A stretch of DNA of 64,000 bases from Octopus bimaculoides. Its lineage: Eukaryota. The DNA is taken from NCBI RefSeq assembly GCF_001194135.2, contig NC_068984.1, positions 57,290,642-57,354,641 of the forward strand, read 5' to 3'. Positions 12,121 to 26,495 of this stretch are shown here, in pieces (position 1 is the stretch's first letter; each line of letters starts with the position of its first letter). A program made the position numbers and the translations under genes. The notes beneath the pieces were generated by a model. It was not told where the DNA came from and did not search any database. It saw only the letters and a list, made by a program, of their open reading frames with translations.

Positions 12121-14619
12121 AGATATATTTTATACTCTGTTGCTATGTTCTCTTCTGCAACAAATTACCAATTATTTAAAATTAATAGCAATTGTCAAAT
12201 TCAGATTAAGGAATGACATTTGCATAGTCCAATGTGGAAAGAAAGGAAAGAAGCACGTTGATGAAACACCTGTACTTCAGTTTAAATGTTTCTGTTAAAT
12301 TCACAAGTGTTGAAAATAGTTAAATGTGTTGAATGGGACTATTTTAATTGTTCAGATGCTACTTATGTCAGTTATTTGCTGCATCAACAATGATTATGTT
12401 ACTTTGCATTAATTATATTCTGCTAATTGTTTACGTTTTTTTTTTTTTTTCTTCGGTATGATTTTATAGTGTGTAGTTTTTGTGCAATGGTAGTTTGCTA
12501 GTGATACATTCAGACACTTATGAATTTTCTCACCTCAAATTGTCCTATCCTATTTTGGCATATAAGAGATGAGTTAAGTATTGATATTTGCACAGAAACT
12601 TTCATGTCCATTTATGTTGACATACATTTGTATTGGTGGCGAGTGGCTGTGAACATATCTGTGTTTGTAAGTTTGTTCTGGAATATCATACTTTGTATTT
12701 TAATTTTTTTTTAAACTACAAAGCTGGAACACTTTTCATTATATATGGCTCTGCTCAGTCAAGGCCAATCTTCAGCCAAACAACACCTTCACATACATAA
12801 AAGTACAAGAAATAAATTCATAACTCAGAAATCTGTTCTGATATTTCACTCAGTTTTTATCTCTATAACAGCCATCTTACACATACATTAGATTATATTC
12901 ATTCAACTTTTATCGTTTCTCAGTTTGTATGTTTCCTGACCATGTTCCAGAAACATGACTTTACACAGTTGTCATTAATAGTGTCTCATTACCTTAGGGG
13001 CACTACTGTATAGTAATTTTAGGGATGATATACTTGAACAATGTCCTGTAGTTTTTTCATAAGACAACTGGACAGTTGTGAGTCGTAGATAAAATTGGTT
13101 GGGGTGCTGCTTCAGAAAATTTTTAGCAATTGTTTTAATATTGTTTAAAAGGAAAAACTTAATCGGTTTGCATTTTAGCCACTGCCAGGTAGCGGGTTAA
13201 ATTTATTCACTGAACACCACTGCAAATTCCTCTTTGTTTTTCAAAAATCCCCCCTAAATCACAAAACAAGGGGAGTGTGAAATCCTGGCAGCAACACTGT
13301 AGCTGGAAGCAGGATAATAATCTAATTCTACATTTTATCACATTCAAGAATATAGACACGTTTTTAAGCACAACACATGCAGAGTCAAAAAGAAACACTG
13401 CCTTTCACCAGTACACCAGGGCCGGTACTGCATGAACCACAGTGCTCTCTCTTTTTAGCATGCAGCTTCCTATCTTGGATATGTGAGCATGCGTACAACA
13501 ACCAAACACCACATCACTGGAACTGTGAAGTGCACAGTTCTATACAAGGGTTTTTGTATTTTTTCATAAATTAGGGGATGGCTACTGACTTTAAGCTTAA
13601 GGATTATATAATGTACAACTATAAAGAAAGAATTAATGAAAAAAAGGACTCATTATATTGAATGTTATCGATAATATTGAGTGGAAATGGGGGTATTGCA
13701 GTTCTGCAGTGCCTATACACAAGCCGCCACTGCAACTGGAGTACAGGAATGTAAATTTTTTTTTTAATTCTTTTTAAATCCCTTAATAATTATACATTAC
13801 TTTCAGTAAGATAGTTATTTTCAGCTTGATAGAACAAACTGCAAATCAACTGTATTTGAAAGGGACACATACCAACACTATGGCTAGGATATGATCTGTT
13901 ACTTCTGTTACAGATAAGTTAATCCTTTAACAACTTCATATCTTCATTGATAAAGCTTGAACAAAATCCTACATTAGTAGCATTTTATTCTTTTATCATG
14001 CAGAAATACAGTAGATCTATGTTTTAAGTGACAAATTGTCATTCATCAGACAGTTATAAGAATCAAGTTTTCAGATAAATAAATCTATACTTAGAGCCAA
14101 TAAGCTCTCATTAATTACCATTAATATTTTGGCTTTAGAATAAATTTAAAAGTTTTTGCACAGATTTTACAAAATATTCTTTAAGCGGTACTAAATGATT
14201 AAAAGTAAATTTCAGAAATAAAAAATCTATTTGGAACTCTCTGGAGTCACTTTAATAATAGTTTTTATTTCCAAGCTGGTTTATCCTCAATAAGTATTGT
14301 ATTTACTGCTTTTTCCCTTTAACTTTCCCATGATAATGATAGTGTATAAATTTTATATATCATCATCATCATCATTTTTATAACTGCTTTCCATGCTGGC
14401 ACATAACTGATGACCCATATAATGGGTCATCAGTCAAGAGTCAGTTCATATTCAGAGTTACTACCTTCCTAGACAGGCTGTACACATTTCTCATGGTTTC
14501 CATTATTTTCCCTAGCACTAAATAACTTTACAAAGAATACTGGGTGCATTTTATTGTGGCTCTAAAACCTAGTAAGACTGTCATGTTCTCAGCAACACTA
14601 AAAGGTCCTCTTAAAATTA

Positions 14620-15498
14620 TGAGGGGGTACCCAGAAGTAACTGGAAACGTTCTCTGTGGGACAAGCCCATTGTAGTTCAGGCTTCCACTGCTAGAGGCCA
14701 GTTGGTGCAACTCAGGCATCAGTTTCCTGGTCAGCAGCATCAAATCAGATCATATTGCAATGTGGTTCGTCCTTGATTTACAGTGCTTCTCTCCTGTTTA
14801 TCAATTTTTGCAATGACTGAAACGAAGGAACAGCATGCTTCCGTGAAATTCTGTTTTCTGCTAGAGAAACAGTGGCCAAAACAGTTGCCATGCTTCAAAC
14901 AGCTTACAAAGATGCTATGAATAAAAGACAAGTTTATGAGTGGTTTTCACATTTTAGGAATAGTCACTTGTTGCTTGAAGACGAACCTTATCCAGAGTGA
15001 CCGTTGACCTCCTAAAGGAATGAAAACATCATGAAAATTCACAAACTGATCTTGGAGGACCATCACCAAACAATAGACGAACTTGTTGATATGACTGGTG
15101 TATTCTGGATCTCCTACCAATTAATTTTGAGAAAGGAATTGTGAATGCAAAGAGTTGCAGCAAAATTTGTGCTTCGCTTGCTCATAGAAGATCAAAAGCA
15201 GTCACAACTGAATGCATATCGTGAACTGAAAGAACAGTTGGAAGTTGATCAGGATCTTATTTTTTTGAAGGTCAACACTGGTGATGAAAGCTGATGCTAC
15301 AGGATTTGCAGATGTGGAAGAGATGAAGAACAAATGTCAGAAGCATTAAAAGGCATCACTTCGCAAGAGTTCAACACTGCTCCAAACCATGGAAAACTTG
15401 TCGGGACCAATACATTGCTTCAAATGGAAAATATTTTGAAGGCAACAAAAGTGTTAACCTGTAAAACTAAGTGAATAAAATATTGCAAATTCCCCTCA
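14620..15498 (+). mobile_element. Internally deleted mariner (Tc1/mariner) transposon with TA target duplication
   Basis: Ends TA|tgagggggtacccagaagtaactggaa and cccctca|TA. Degenerate transposase lies inside. Confidence 0.8.
14813..15447 (+). pseudogene. Mariner transposase pseudogene; HTH region and extreme C-terminus kept, catalytic core deleted
   Basis: Translates as MTETKEQHASVKFCFLL...VYEWFSHF...RVAAKFVLRLL...TGDES, then jumps to ADVEEM...ALKGIT...IASNGKYFEG. Confidence 0.85.
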
Positions 15499-16344
15499 TA
15501 TGTTATTTCTACTTGTTCACTACCTGCTGTATGAGTCGTAGCTTGTAGTTTCTTAAATTTACAATATAGATGCATCAGGAATTTTACTGTTTTGTCTTCA
15601 TTACTAGCTGGTTAATCAGTTTAATGACTAATTTATACAGTAATTATTCAGAAATTAAGGTGCTGAACAACTGGTAATATTACCATAAGTATGTACCTTC
15701 TTATAACAACTGAATTATATTTCTCGGTATTGCATGCAATTCAGCTACCCTCTATATACATAACTGGCAGTAGATGTCACTACTTTATATTTGAATGGTT
15801 TGCAATTAGAAGGGCATCTACTTAAGGGTTTTCTTCACTAATAATAATAGGAAAATATCTAAATATGCAGAAACTACTCCATCTATAGTGTAGAAAAAAT
15901 GAATGCAAAAACTTTAAAACCAGAAGTTATAATTCAACTGGTAATAATTATTTTTTGATGTAACTGATATAAGAAATAAATATTTTATTTTTTCACAAAC
16001 TGCCTGCATGGAATTATATTTTCCTTGGGTGCCTTTTTTTTTTTTGTTTGATTTCAAAGTCTTTTCCAAATCCTCTGATACATATTTTTTTAACTTTGTG
16101 CATTATACAGAATTTCACTTGAAGCAATACAGACAAGGAACAAAGTCACAAGAATCTGTTTGCTTATAGCTATAAATCAGTTAACATCAGAATTTTACTG
16201 GCAGAAATGATTTTAAATTGTCAAATACATCTGTCTTGAATAACACTTAAGGGCTACAGATATACAGAATTTTTATAAGTTAAATGTTTGGGATTTTGAA
16301 ACAAGGATTGATAAAATGCCTAACTCGCATAATCCACCATCACT

Positions 16345-16412
<68 letters not shown>

Positions 16413-16559
16413 GCTTAATATTTTAACTTGAATAAAATTTGATTATTTTTCCAGAGGAAAAAATTTTAATTCAACTAACTTATTGTTTTAGATTCATTTC
16501 AATTTTTCCATACTACTCTGTTCAAGGACAGTATGTGTTGAGCTAAGAATTTTTCTTGC

Positions 16560-17660
16560 AGTTGGCTCAAAAGGAAATATTTTATGTAGTTTCAATTCCT
16601 AGTTCAAATCCTTTTCTTCCTATGTCTTTTTCTGTCATCTGCCACTGATGTGGTCAACTTTCAACACACACTACTCTTCTGCTTGTCACTCTTCCATTCC
16701 AGTGCAAACTATTTTATTGATCACATCAATCAATGTCTTTTAATGTCCAATCTGTTTCAAAGTCTGCTTGCAGATAGTACATTTTTCATGCTAGTTAACA
16801 TTGCCCCTCTAACAGATAAAACATACCACATTTCTCACTAACCATTACAATTTTTCTGCTTTCAATATCCATTGAACATACTTGAACATACATTATATAG
16901 TCTTTCTTACTGAAGTTGCTTATACTCTTACTACAACCACCTATTGCACTAGATGGGTTACCTAAACAGTGAAATCTACTGATTACATTAAACTAGCTCC
17001 CTAAGCATCTCAAGGACTTCTTTTCATGGCTATTCCTGTTGCTAATTATATTTGTACATCGAGTGCATTTACATATTGCTTTTCTATCAGTTTGCCCTGT
17101 GTTACTACAGTTTTTATGTGATTTTTGTTTACACAAGATTACACAATATCAAGTTTCTTTCTATTCCTTTCCTTCATCTCAAGTGAGGAAATCTTTGCCA
17201 TGTAAATTCCTTTGCCTACTAAGTCCATATCATTCTATTTTTCAAATGTTTTCTGCATCTGCTCAATTAATTCTGTAATGGGAGAACAAAGTTAACATAC
17301 AAAGGTTTCTAAGATCATCTAGTCCAGAACTTTTACATTATTGCCTAAACAACTATAGTAAATAGTAGATCACTGAGACTAAAGCCCTGATGACCATCTA
17401 CCTGCATAATAAATTCCTCACTGTTAATCCCAACCTTTCTTTCAACATTTTTACTTTAAATTGATGTGTGCTGATTTTTCTCAAAGCTTACCAGTTTACA
17501 AAGACTGGGACCCTGCCAAAATCATTTTTTGGATGCATTAATACAATGTAGAATAGTATATTCTTAGCTAAGAACTTCTTAGCTGTGTCAGTAGATATAT
17601 TGTATCAGTGGTTCCATCTAGTACAAATCCATGTTTAAGCATCTGTACATGTGTCTAATG
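16560..17660 (-). mobile_element. Old, highly degenerate RTE LINE RT fragment
   Basis: Minus-strand remnants FVLDGTTDTIYLLTQL and SEEFIMQVDGHQGFSLS match RTE RT motifs. Boundaries are approximate. Confidence 0.55.
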
Positions 17661-17964
17661 CTTATGCGCAAATATCTATGCATGTTTTCTCATAGCTTAA
17701 TTTTCATCATAACTTATTGGTGTACTTCTTTCAGGACATATTGAAAAAATTATATCTTCCTCTCTCTCTCTTCATTTGATATCATTATAGTCTTCATTAT
17801 AGACTTCACTACTTGGAGTTGTACATACTTTTTATATCTTCAACCAGCAATGTAGTAACAACATTACAACTCATTTATTTATATATGAAATGCTTTATTG
17901 ATAATCTCAGACCTTGTACACGTTGCATTTTGTATTTTTTTTTTACATTACTTATTTAGATACA

Positions 17965-20230
17965 TCATCATCAACACTTAACATCTGATTTCCATGCTGG
18001 CATGGGTTGCACAGTTTGACTGAGGACTGGCAAGCCAGTAGGCTGCACCAAGTTCCAATCTGATCTGGCAAGATTTCTACTGCTAGATACCCTTCCTAAT
18101 GCCAACCACTGAGAGGGTGTAGCAGGTACTTTATATGTGCCACCGGCACGGGAGCCAGTCAGGGGGCACTGACATCAACCACATTTGGATGGTGCTTTTT
18201 ACATGTCACTGGCACAGGAACCAGTCAAGAGGCACTGGCATCGACCATGTTCAGATGGTGCTTTTTATGTGCCACCAGCATAGGAGCCAGTCAGGGCACT
18301 GGCATCAGCCATGTTCAGATGGTATTTTTTATCTGCTACGGTACAGGAGCCAGTCAGGGGGCACTGGCATCAACCATGTTCGCATGGTGCTTTTTACATG
18401 CCACTAGCACAGGGAGCCAGTCAGGTGGCACTAACATCGACCCACACTTGAATGGTGCTTATTACATGCCACCAGCACAGGTGCCAGTCAGGCGGCACTA
18501 ATCACGACTATGATTTCAATTTCACTTGACTCAACAGGTCTTCTCAAGCACATCATATCACTTCAAAAGTAATTTTAAATGGGCCGGTTACACAGCACTG
18601 GCATCAGCCACAGCTGCAATCTCACTTTACTTGCTGAGTCTTCTCAATCACAGCATATCTCCAAAGGTCTTGGTCTCTTGTCATTGTCTCTATGAGGCCC
18701 AGCATTGGACGGTCATGCTTCACCACTTCATCCCATGTCTTCCTGGGTCTACCTCTTCTACAGGTTCCTTCCACTTTTGGGGTGTGACACTTCTTCACAC
18801 AGCTGTCCTCATCCATACATAACACATGACCATACCAGTGCAGTCGTCTCTCTTGCACACCACATCTGATGCTTCTTATGCTCAACTTTTCTCTCAGGGT
18901 ACTTACACTATGTCATATATGCACACTGACATTACACATCCAGCGGATCATACTAGCTTCATTTCTTCCAAGCCTATGCATGTCCTCAGCAGTCATGGCC
19001 CATGTTTCACTGCCATGTAGTATGGCAGTTCGCACACATGCATCATACAGTCAACCTTTCACTCTGAGTGAGAGGCCCTTAGTTGCCAGCAGAGGTAGGA
19101 GCTTTCTGAACTTTGCCCAGGCTATCCTTATTCTAGCAGCTACATTCTCAGAGCATCCACACCTACTACAGACTTGGTCGCCTAGGTAGCGGAAGTTATC
19201 AACTACTTCCAGTTTTCCCCCCTGGCATGTAATGGAATCTGTTTTCTGTACATATTCAGTGTTTATTGCCCCTGTACATCTGCCACACACAAGATTATCT
19301 TCCTGGTTAACCTTCCTTTGATATTACTGCACCTCTTATGTGTTTATAGCTTACACCAGGTACGTCTTATGGAGTTTCTACCTACGCCTTTTCTACCAAT
19401 CGACCAGGGTCATCTACCTGAAGGGGTTTGTGATTTGTTTGCCTTCCTACCTGAAACTTCATCTCCAGTTCTGGTAGTAACTCAGCTATTAGAGCAAGGT
19501 CATCAGCACAGAGGAGCTCCCAGAGGCATCCTGTCTTGAATTCCTCTATTATTGCCTGGAGGACTATAATGAATAAGAGGGGACTGAGAACTGATCCTTG
19601 GTGAACCCTTACTTCTATCCGGAATTCTTCACTATATTCATTGCTAACCCTCACCTTACTGACAGCATCCCTGTAAAGGGCTTGTACTGCTCTTACCAAC
19701 CACTCGTCTATCCCCAGTTTCCACATTGACCACCAGATAAGGGATTGGGAGACCCTCTCAAAGGCTTCCTCCAAGTCAACAAAAGCCAAGTACAGAGGTT
19801 TATTTATCTTTGGCTAGGTATTTCTCCTGGAGTTGCCTTACCAGAAATATAGCATCAGTGGTGGCACAGAACCTGGCACGACACAAAACTGCATCTCACG
19901 TAGGCTAACTTTCTCCCTAATCAGTTAGGCTATGACCCTCTCTGTAACTTTCATCACCTGATCCAGCAATTTGATACCCCTGTAGTTCTTTCTATCTAGA
20001 ACATCACTTTTACCTTTGTAGCAGTTGACTAAGGTGCTGCTACACCAGTCATTGGGTATGACTCCTTCATGAACTACCTGATTTACAATACAGGTGACTT
20101 AGACCATAACCCTCACCACCAGATATTTTAACTATCTCAGCAGTGATTCCTGTTGGGTCAGGAGGGAACTTTCCCTATCTTCCTATCTTTAATTGCTTTA
20201 TCTACCAGGGTGTTGTTGATTTGGGTAATC
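17965..20230 (-). mobile_element. 5'-truncated RTE-clade LINE (copy 1): RT pseudogene, 3'UTR minisatellite and (GAT)n tail
   Basis: MAFVDLEEAFERV, HQGSVLSPLLFIIVLQ, WELLCADDLALIAE, EVVDNFRYLGDQ and RRLHWYGHV...GRPRKTWDEVV motifs, with frameshifts. Confidence 0.92.
18124..18505. repeat. Six tandem ~65-bp units in the RTE 3'UTR
   Basis: Unit is approximately ggtgctttttatgtgccaccggcacaggagccagtcagggggcactggcatcgaccatgttcagat. Confidence 0.9.
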
Positions 20231-20444
20231 TTCAATTTGATTCATGTGATTATAAAAAGCAAAAATGATTTGTCTGTTTTAGATACACTCACCAGATGGG
20301 AAACTAGAGTAACAGGAGAGCAAAACTTCTTGAGTTGATGTCTAGTGTTTGTACTATCTTAAGTTGGGTGTCTCTCAGAAAGTTATTTGACTACTTCTAA
20401 TTTTTTTAAAGTGGTTTACTTGACCTATTACTGCTATTGTCGTC

Positions 20445-20610
20445 ATTGTTTAACCTCAGGTCTGCCCTGATCATGATGACATATGCAGAAAGGCTTTATA
20501 TATTTAGGACTATGTTGTTTTATGTCTTTTTTTTTTTAAATGATGAGACATGATTCAAGGGAATGTGCCTGCTATTTCTAGCAGGTCAAACAACCTTGTA
20601 GCAACTGCTT
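20445..20610 (+). repeat. Dispersed repeat family D copy
   Basis: gtttaacctcaggtctgccctgatc...ctgctatttctagcaggtc. Confidence 0.55.
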
Positions 20611-20970
20611 CATTGTCTCATATATATATATCATCATCATCATCATTGTGTTTCTTTGAAGTAGATGGGTAAGTTTCATAAAGCACTTGATAATGTTAAC
20701 TATACTTAATGGGTATAAAACTTTCCTGAGCCAAGGCGGTAGCTTCTACATAGTTGCCTACTCTGCTAAAACTAGCTGCCAAATCTCACTCAAATTACAT
20801 ACAATGCCATCATAGAAGAGAAGGGCAATAGATAATGTGGTGCTCAGTCTACTGTATCTTAGCTAGTCAAAGCTGGAATTCCTTTGATCATAAATGTTTT
20901 CAAGATTCTCATATTTAAAATATAGGGGTTTCTTTTTCTTATTATTATGATCATCGTCATCATCATTGCT

Positions 20971-21186
20971 AAGGCAGTGAGCTGGCAGAATCGTTAGCAC
21001 ATCAGGCAAAATGCTTAGCAGTATTTCATTCAACTGAATGAGTTCTAAGTTCAAATGCTGCCGGTGTTGGCTTTGCCTTTCATCCTTTAGGAGTCAATAA
21101 AATAAGTATCAGTTGAGTACTGGAATCGATGTAACCAACTATCCCCCTCATCCAAATTTCAGGCCTTGCGTCTATAGTAGAAACGA
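20971..21186 (+). mobile_element. SINE family C (tRNA-derived, ATT-rich tail)
   Basis: Head aaggcagtgagctggcagaatcgttag with B-box-like gagttcaaat. Confidence 0.8.
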
Positions 21187-21501
21187 TGGATGAAATGTTG
21201 TGAATAATTTTGCCTAGTGTACTAACATTTCTGCTAGTTTGCACCAAATAATAATAATAATCCTCAACTGATTTAAGTTGGTGAAATGACTGTGCTAATG
21301 GAGATATTTAATGTAAATGAGCATGCTAATTGAAAAACTGCCTTGGTTAGTGATGAAAGATGGGTTTGAAATTGAGCAAAAGAAATTTAAGAACCATAGA
21401 GATTTGCAATACTGTAGATAAAGTTAACCTATACTAACATGGGGAAAAAAAGACACGGATGCAGTGATTATATTTTATGATTTAATATTTTAAATACATT
21501 T

Positions 21502-21720
21502 AAGATAGCAAGTTGGCAGAATTGTTAGAATGCTAGGCAAAATGCTTAGCAGCATTTCATCAGTCTTTACGTTCTGAGTTCAAATTCTGCTGAGGTTGAC
21601 TTTACCTTTCATTCTTTTGGGGTTGATAAAATAAGTACCAGTTGAGTACTTGGGTCAATGTAATTGACTTACTTCCTACCCCAAAATTGCTAGCCTTATG
21701 CCAAAATTTGAAACCAATAT
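21502..21720 (+). mobile_element. SINE family C copy
   Basis: Same head, body and tail as 20971. Confidence 0.8.
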
Positions 21721-23399
21721 TTTGAATATATTTGTGAGTTGGTTTATCACAAATCACAAAGTATTTTATTTTTGTGTTTCTTTAACAAAATTATCAAAAA
21801 ATATATTAAAGCATAAAAATATTACAAATCATATCTTATTGAAGAAAATTTGGAAGAATTAGGATAGAATAGCACATATCTGTGAAGTTATTGAAATGCT
21901 TACAATTTGTCTGTAGGTTACATTTATATAACTTAAAATGGTAGTTGTTTTTGTTGTTATTTTTTTAAGTGTTAACATTTTGGAATCTGGATTTTCAGCT
22001 GCAGTTATTATTGTGTTGGTGTAAGCACCAAATCTCAAAATATAAAACTAATGTTCTTTGTATAAAATATCTGCTATTAATATTACAACTTTAACAAAAC
22101 ATACCCATAAATCTGATTTTCTCTTTTTCTCTCTCCACATTTTTACATTTCATTTTTGTGCCATCTCTTTTTGTATAGATGCATAAAGTGATTTAACCAT
22201 TATACAAACATCAATGTTTAAAACTCACATTGATTGAAAAGTTTCATGTTATCTGTAAATGATTTTATATTTATGAGGGAGGTTTGACTTCTGCATTGAA
22301 CAAACACATTGTAGCTCCCTTGCTATTTCAATTTCCACTTGAAATATATTTAAACAATCAAACATATTGGACAGCAAAACAAGTGCAGCATGTCCTGTCT
22401 GCCACACTTCACCCCAGTTAGTCAATTATAAACTCCAAATCAAACTGAAGTTTTGAATTGCCAGGGATCAACATCTATAGTTCACATCAAACATTTAATT
22501 TCATTATATTTGTGCTATAATAGTTCATCTTGAACAAAACTGACCATGGATACTCAGCAAAGAGAATAACTTAGTCATAGATTACAAGACAATATTGTGG
22601 GCACAAACCATTTATTGAATTTAAAATAACAAAATACTATGATTTGATTTCATATTTATTCAAACCCATGCTTAGTTATTTTGTAGCAACAGTGGGTAAA
22701 GCTGAGACATGTATGAAGTTTCTGTACTCCAGAGCTGTAGAAGTTACTTTATGAGAATTAACTATATGTATGCATTCCTGGTTTTGTGTGTATTATATAT
22801 CCATATGTAAATAAAGTTAAGAATCTAGCTAAATTATTTTATTACAAGAATAAATTAAAAATATAGATAAGCTAATCCAATCTAAATCACAAGGATCTAT
22901 AGTAGCATTTCTCAAACTGCCAAATACTAGCACTATCCCAAAATGCATGTGTGTATGTATTAATTTATTAGTGCAATTTTTTGTCATCTTCTCCTCTATA
23001 TTAATGAGAAAGCAGGGTTTGCGTCCATGTAATAATTCTTCCTTTTCTTGTTGGACAAGTTTAAAAAGTTTAAAACCCTGTCTGCCTAAGAGGAGCCTGA
23101 ATTTCTTTCTGAGAAATATTGATGTATATATTCCAGTTTGGTTTCTATAGCAGACAACACAGAGAGCTTCCCTTTGGGTTGGGAAAATGCTGATTCATTG
23201 CATGGACCTCCCCACCACCACCACCACCACCACACACACAGAAGGAATTCTAAAATCTGAGTAAAATAAATTCTCTCTATACACAGTGTTCTGCTTCTGG
23301 TTAGAATGGTAAATTACATTGTACACTTGCGGATAAACAAACCAATGGGGAAGACATCTATGACGATGATGATGATGGTTGTCGTTATCTTTCTCTTTC

Positions 23400-23570
23400 T
23401 TCTTCAATAGTATCCAAACCTCTCTGAAATCACACCCTACTCTTTTTTAAAAAGAATGACACATCATACAATGGAAGGACATTAAAGGATGCACTATGTG
23501 TGAATGCTTTTGATTATAGGTTTGTTTCATCAGGGTTGACCTGGAGCTAAACAACAACAACATGCAAGTA
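23400..23570 (-). repeat. Dispersed repeat family D copy
   Basis: cagggttgacctggagctaaacaacaacaac end. Confidence 0.5.
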
Positions 23571-25229
23571 GGTGAGCCTAGCCCTTGATATTTAAGTGTC
23601 ACAATACAGCTCCAGTGACAGGATATCAGTAGGTAATTCCCTCCAACTTCTCTCTGCATCTGGTTTCTCCTTGGTGCCCCTCTCAACTCAGCCATCCACA
23701 ACTCTTTCATCCAAAACCAACTAACATGGCAAAAGTGACATAAACCAATAATGATGATAGTTATTTATTTTCATTTAGAAATAAAACAATTGGATTTCCA
23801 TGTGGGCAAGCAGGCAAGCAGCTCAACAGCAATGGGAAAATACATGACAGTTTCCAAAGAAAGTGAGATGGGTGGATGGGGTGGAGAAAAACAATCCATC
23901 CACCTGTATCTCTTTCTCTCACCCCTTCTCTTCTCTTCTTTAACTGTTTGTCCTTCCTTTTCTTTGTCTCACTCTCTTAAAAGAAGGCTAACACTCTTCA
24001 CTCTCTTTTCTTGTACTCCTCTTTCTCTCATAAGCTTCTCTGGTGGTAGGGGCTGGTTATGTGATTAGTCTGAAGAGACAAATTAGTTTTGATTTTGTCT
24101 GATCCACATTTTGTTGTTATTCATCAGAGAGAAAACAAGCTTGCCCTTCAAATCTTATCACATTATCTATAATTGCTGAATTTAGAATATCAGTTCCTGT
24201 TTTTCTATTTCAGTGCACTGGTTACAAGTAAAACAAGGAATTTGATAATTGTGCTTTGGAAGTTGTGTTTATAGTGGGGTATGGATGGGGTTGAAATTAG
24301 GATTTTTGGAAGGGGTTGAAGTGTAACTTTTAGTTATAAGGTTGTCCTTTCCTGAGAGCTAATGAAAAAAAAAAGTAAAGGTTACAGCCTGGTTGTAGAT
24401 TTTTATTCATAACCTCCATAGCCCCTTAAGCTACATGATATATGTCAGGGAGAGAAGGTCATAGTAAGGGTCAATTTTTTCAGCTTGTTTGATGTGACTA
24501 AAAATCACTTCTAAATAAAGCAATTCAACTTGATTTTTGACATTATTTATATAACACAGATATATATATAGCATACACAAAACAAGAAATTCATACTCTG
24601 TAGTTCTCATATACACATCTATCATATCAAATGAGGATGAATTTAAAAATATAAGGGGAAAGTTAGGAAGGGAACTAAACAGGAGTTTAGTTATAACCTG
24701 TACTCTTAATTTGCATCTAAGAATTATCCGTTGGTTTCAGAGATGTGTATTCATGTGCTGTCTGAATTCTTTTTACTAATATTCTTTACTCTTTGTATCT
24801 ACATGCCAATCTATGTTTTATGTGTGCACGTGCATGCACACACGCACACACACACAACACTTATAATCTAATTGTTCATAGATTAAATAATTCACTTATT
24901 ATTCACATGGAAAACAATAGCTAAGCTTTTGTTGCCATATTTAGTGCACAGAGAGTTAAAAAACAAAAACCAACTGGAAATGAATATAGATCAAGAAAAA
25001 AAATTTGCTTGGAGATTAATTTATATTTAATCTCTAAGCAATTCTGTTTTCTTATCTCAGTAAATGATTTTTTTTCTTTTTATATTTATTTAGTGATTCA
25101 TTCCTCACTATTTCATAAAGTACAGTGAAGTATATTTTTGCTAAAAAGTTCATAATAAAGCAAATATAGCCTATATATATAGTTGCTTCAGGATATATTT
25201 TCTTGGCAAAGCAGAGAATATTATTAGTT

Positions 25230-25645
25230 ATTTAATCATCAGAGCATGCAGTATTTTTTGTTCTGGCCCTTTATGTTCTGAGTTCAAATTTTGCTGAAGT
25301 CAGTTTTACTTTTTATCTTACTGGGTCAATAAAATAAAAATAACCAGTCAAGTACTGGAGTAAGTTTAATGTACTAATCCCTCCCTACAATGTTGTAGCT
25401 TTGTACTTATTTAAAAAATTATTATGCTGGCAGTGTGCTGGCAGTATCATCAGAGCATTAGACAGAATGCCTCATAGTGTTTGTTCTACTTCCTTCCAGT
25501 TTGAGTTCAAACCCCATGAAGATCTCATTCGCTTTTATCCTTCTGGAGTAAATAAAATAAAGTCTCAGTCAAGTACTAGAGTTGATTTAACTGACTACCT
25601 TTCATCTGAAAATTGCTGGTATTCTGCCATCTTAGTAACAATATT
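25230..25645 (+). mobile_element. Two degenerate SINE C copies in head-to-tail tandem
   Basis: Two gagttcaaa...aaataaa..ccagtcaagtact modules. Confidence 0.65.
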
Positions 25646-26281
25646 TTTTTAGTAACTCATTCATCACTATTTCAGCGAGTGGAGTAAATACATCTTTTTA
25701 CCTCAGAGATCATTTCTTTTTTTATGCTCCCTGGGAAATTATAAATCATATCAAAATATTAATCCTAACTGAATTTGAACTCTAAACATAAATAAATGCA
25801 TTAGTACTGTAATGTATCTGGTACTTTTTCACCTTAGGAAATGAATGAAAAGATGTTTATAAATAATCAGATTTCTGTATATCTCTTGTGAGTAAAATGG
25901 TTACCTAAATAGTTGTTGAAGGTTGATGGAAGTCTCTCATTGCTCATGAAAGATGATTCTGCAATTTCTTGCTGAACAACCATCACAAATGATTTGCTTA
26001 TAGTGATCAAATGTATGTGCTGTACAGTAGCTCACTTCTTCCATCAAATCAAGTTGTATCATATATACCAACTTCATTTCTCTGATCATAAAGAGAAAGT
26101 AAACTCATAAGTATTTGTGTATATGTGTGTGTGTGTGTTTGTGTGTATAATGCACACTTATAACTTAAGTGATATACATTTATCAAGATACTGTTTTAAA
26201 TCTGAATGTGTACGTATATGTATACATATATAGATATACACACAATACTATTATCTCATGATAATATATATTAGAAAGCCT

Positions 26282-26495
26282 AAAGGCAGTGAGCGGGCAG
26301 AATTGTTAGCATGTCAGGCAAAATGCTTAGCAGCATTTCATCTGTCCTTATGTTCTGTGTTCAAATTCTGCCAAGGTCGACTTTGCCTTTCAACTTATTA
26401 TTAATTTATGTACCAGTGAAACACTGGGGTCAATGTAATCAGCTAGTTCCTTCCTCCCAAATTTCAGGCCTTGTGCCTTTAGTAGACAGGATATA
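26282..26495 (+). mobile_element. SINE family C copy
   Basis: Full head and tail. Confidence 0.8.

Noticed and set aside
14406-14434. Perfect 13-bp stem hairpin (also 11-bp stems at 36591-36627 and 44571-44596)
   Set aside because: Too short and isolated to support a function; a few such stems are plausible by chance or from repair events.
18124-18505. CRISPR-like appearance of regularly spaced ~65-bp repeats
   Set aside because: Units are whole diverged tandem repeats with no unique spacers. They lie in an RTE LINE 3'UTR in eukaryotic DNA, and no cas genes are present.
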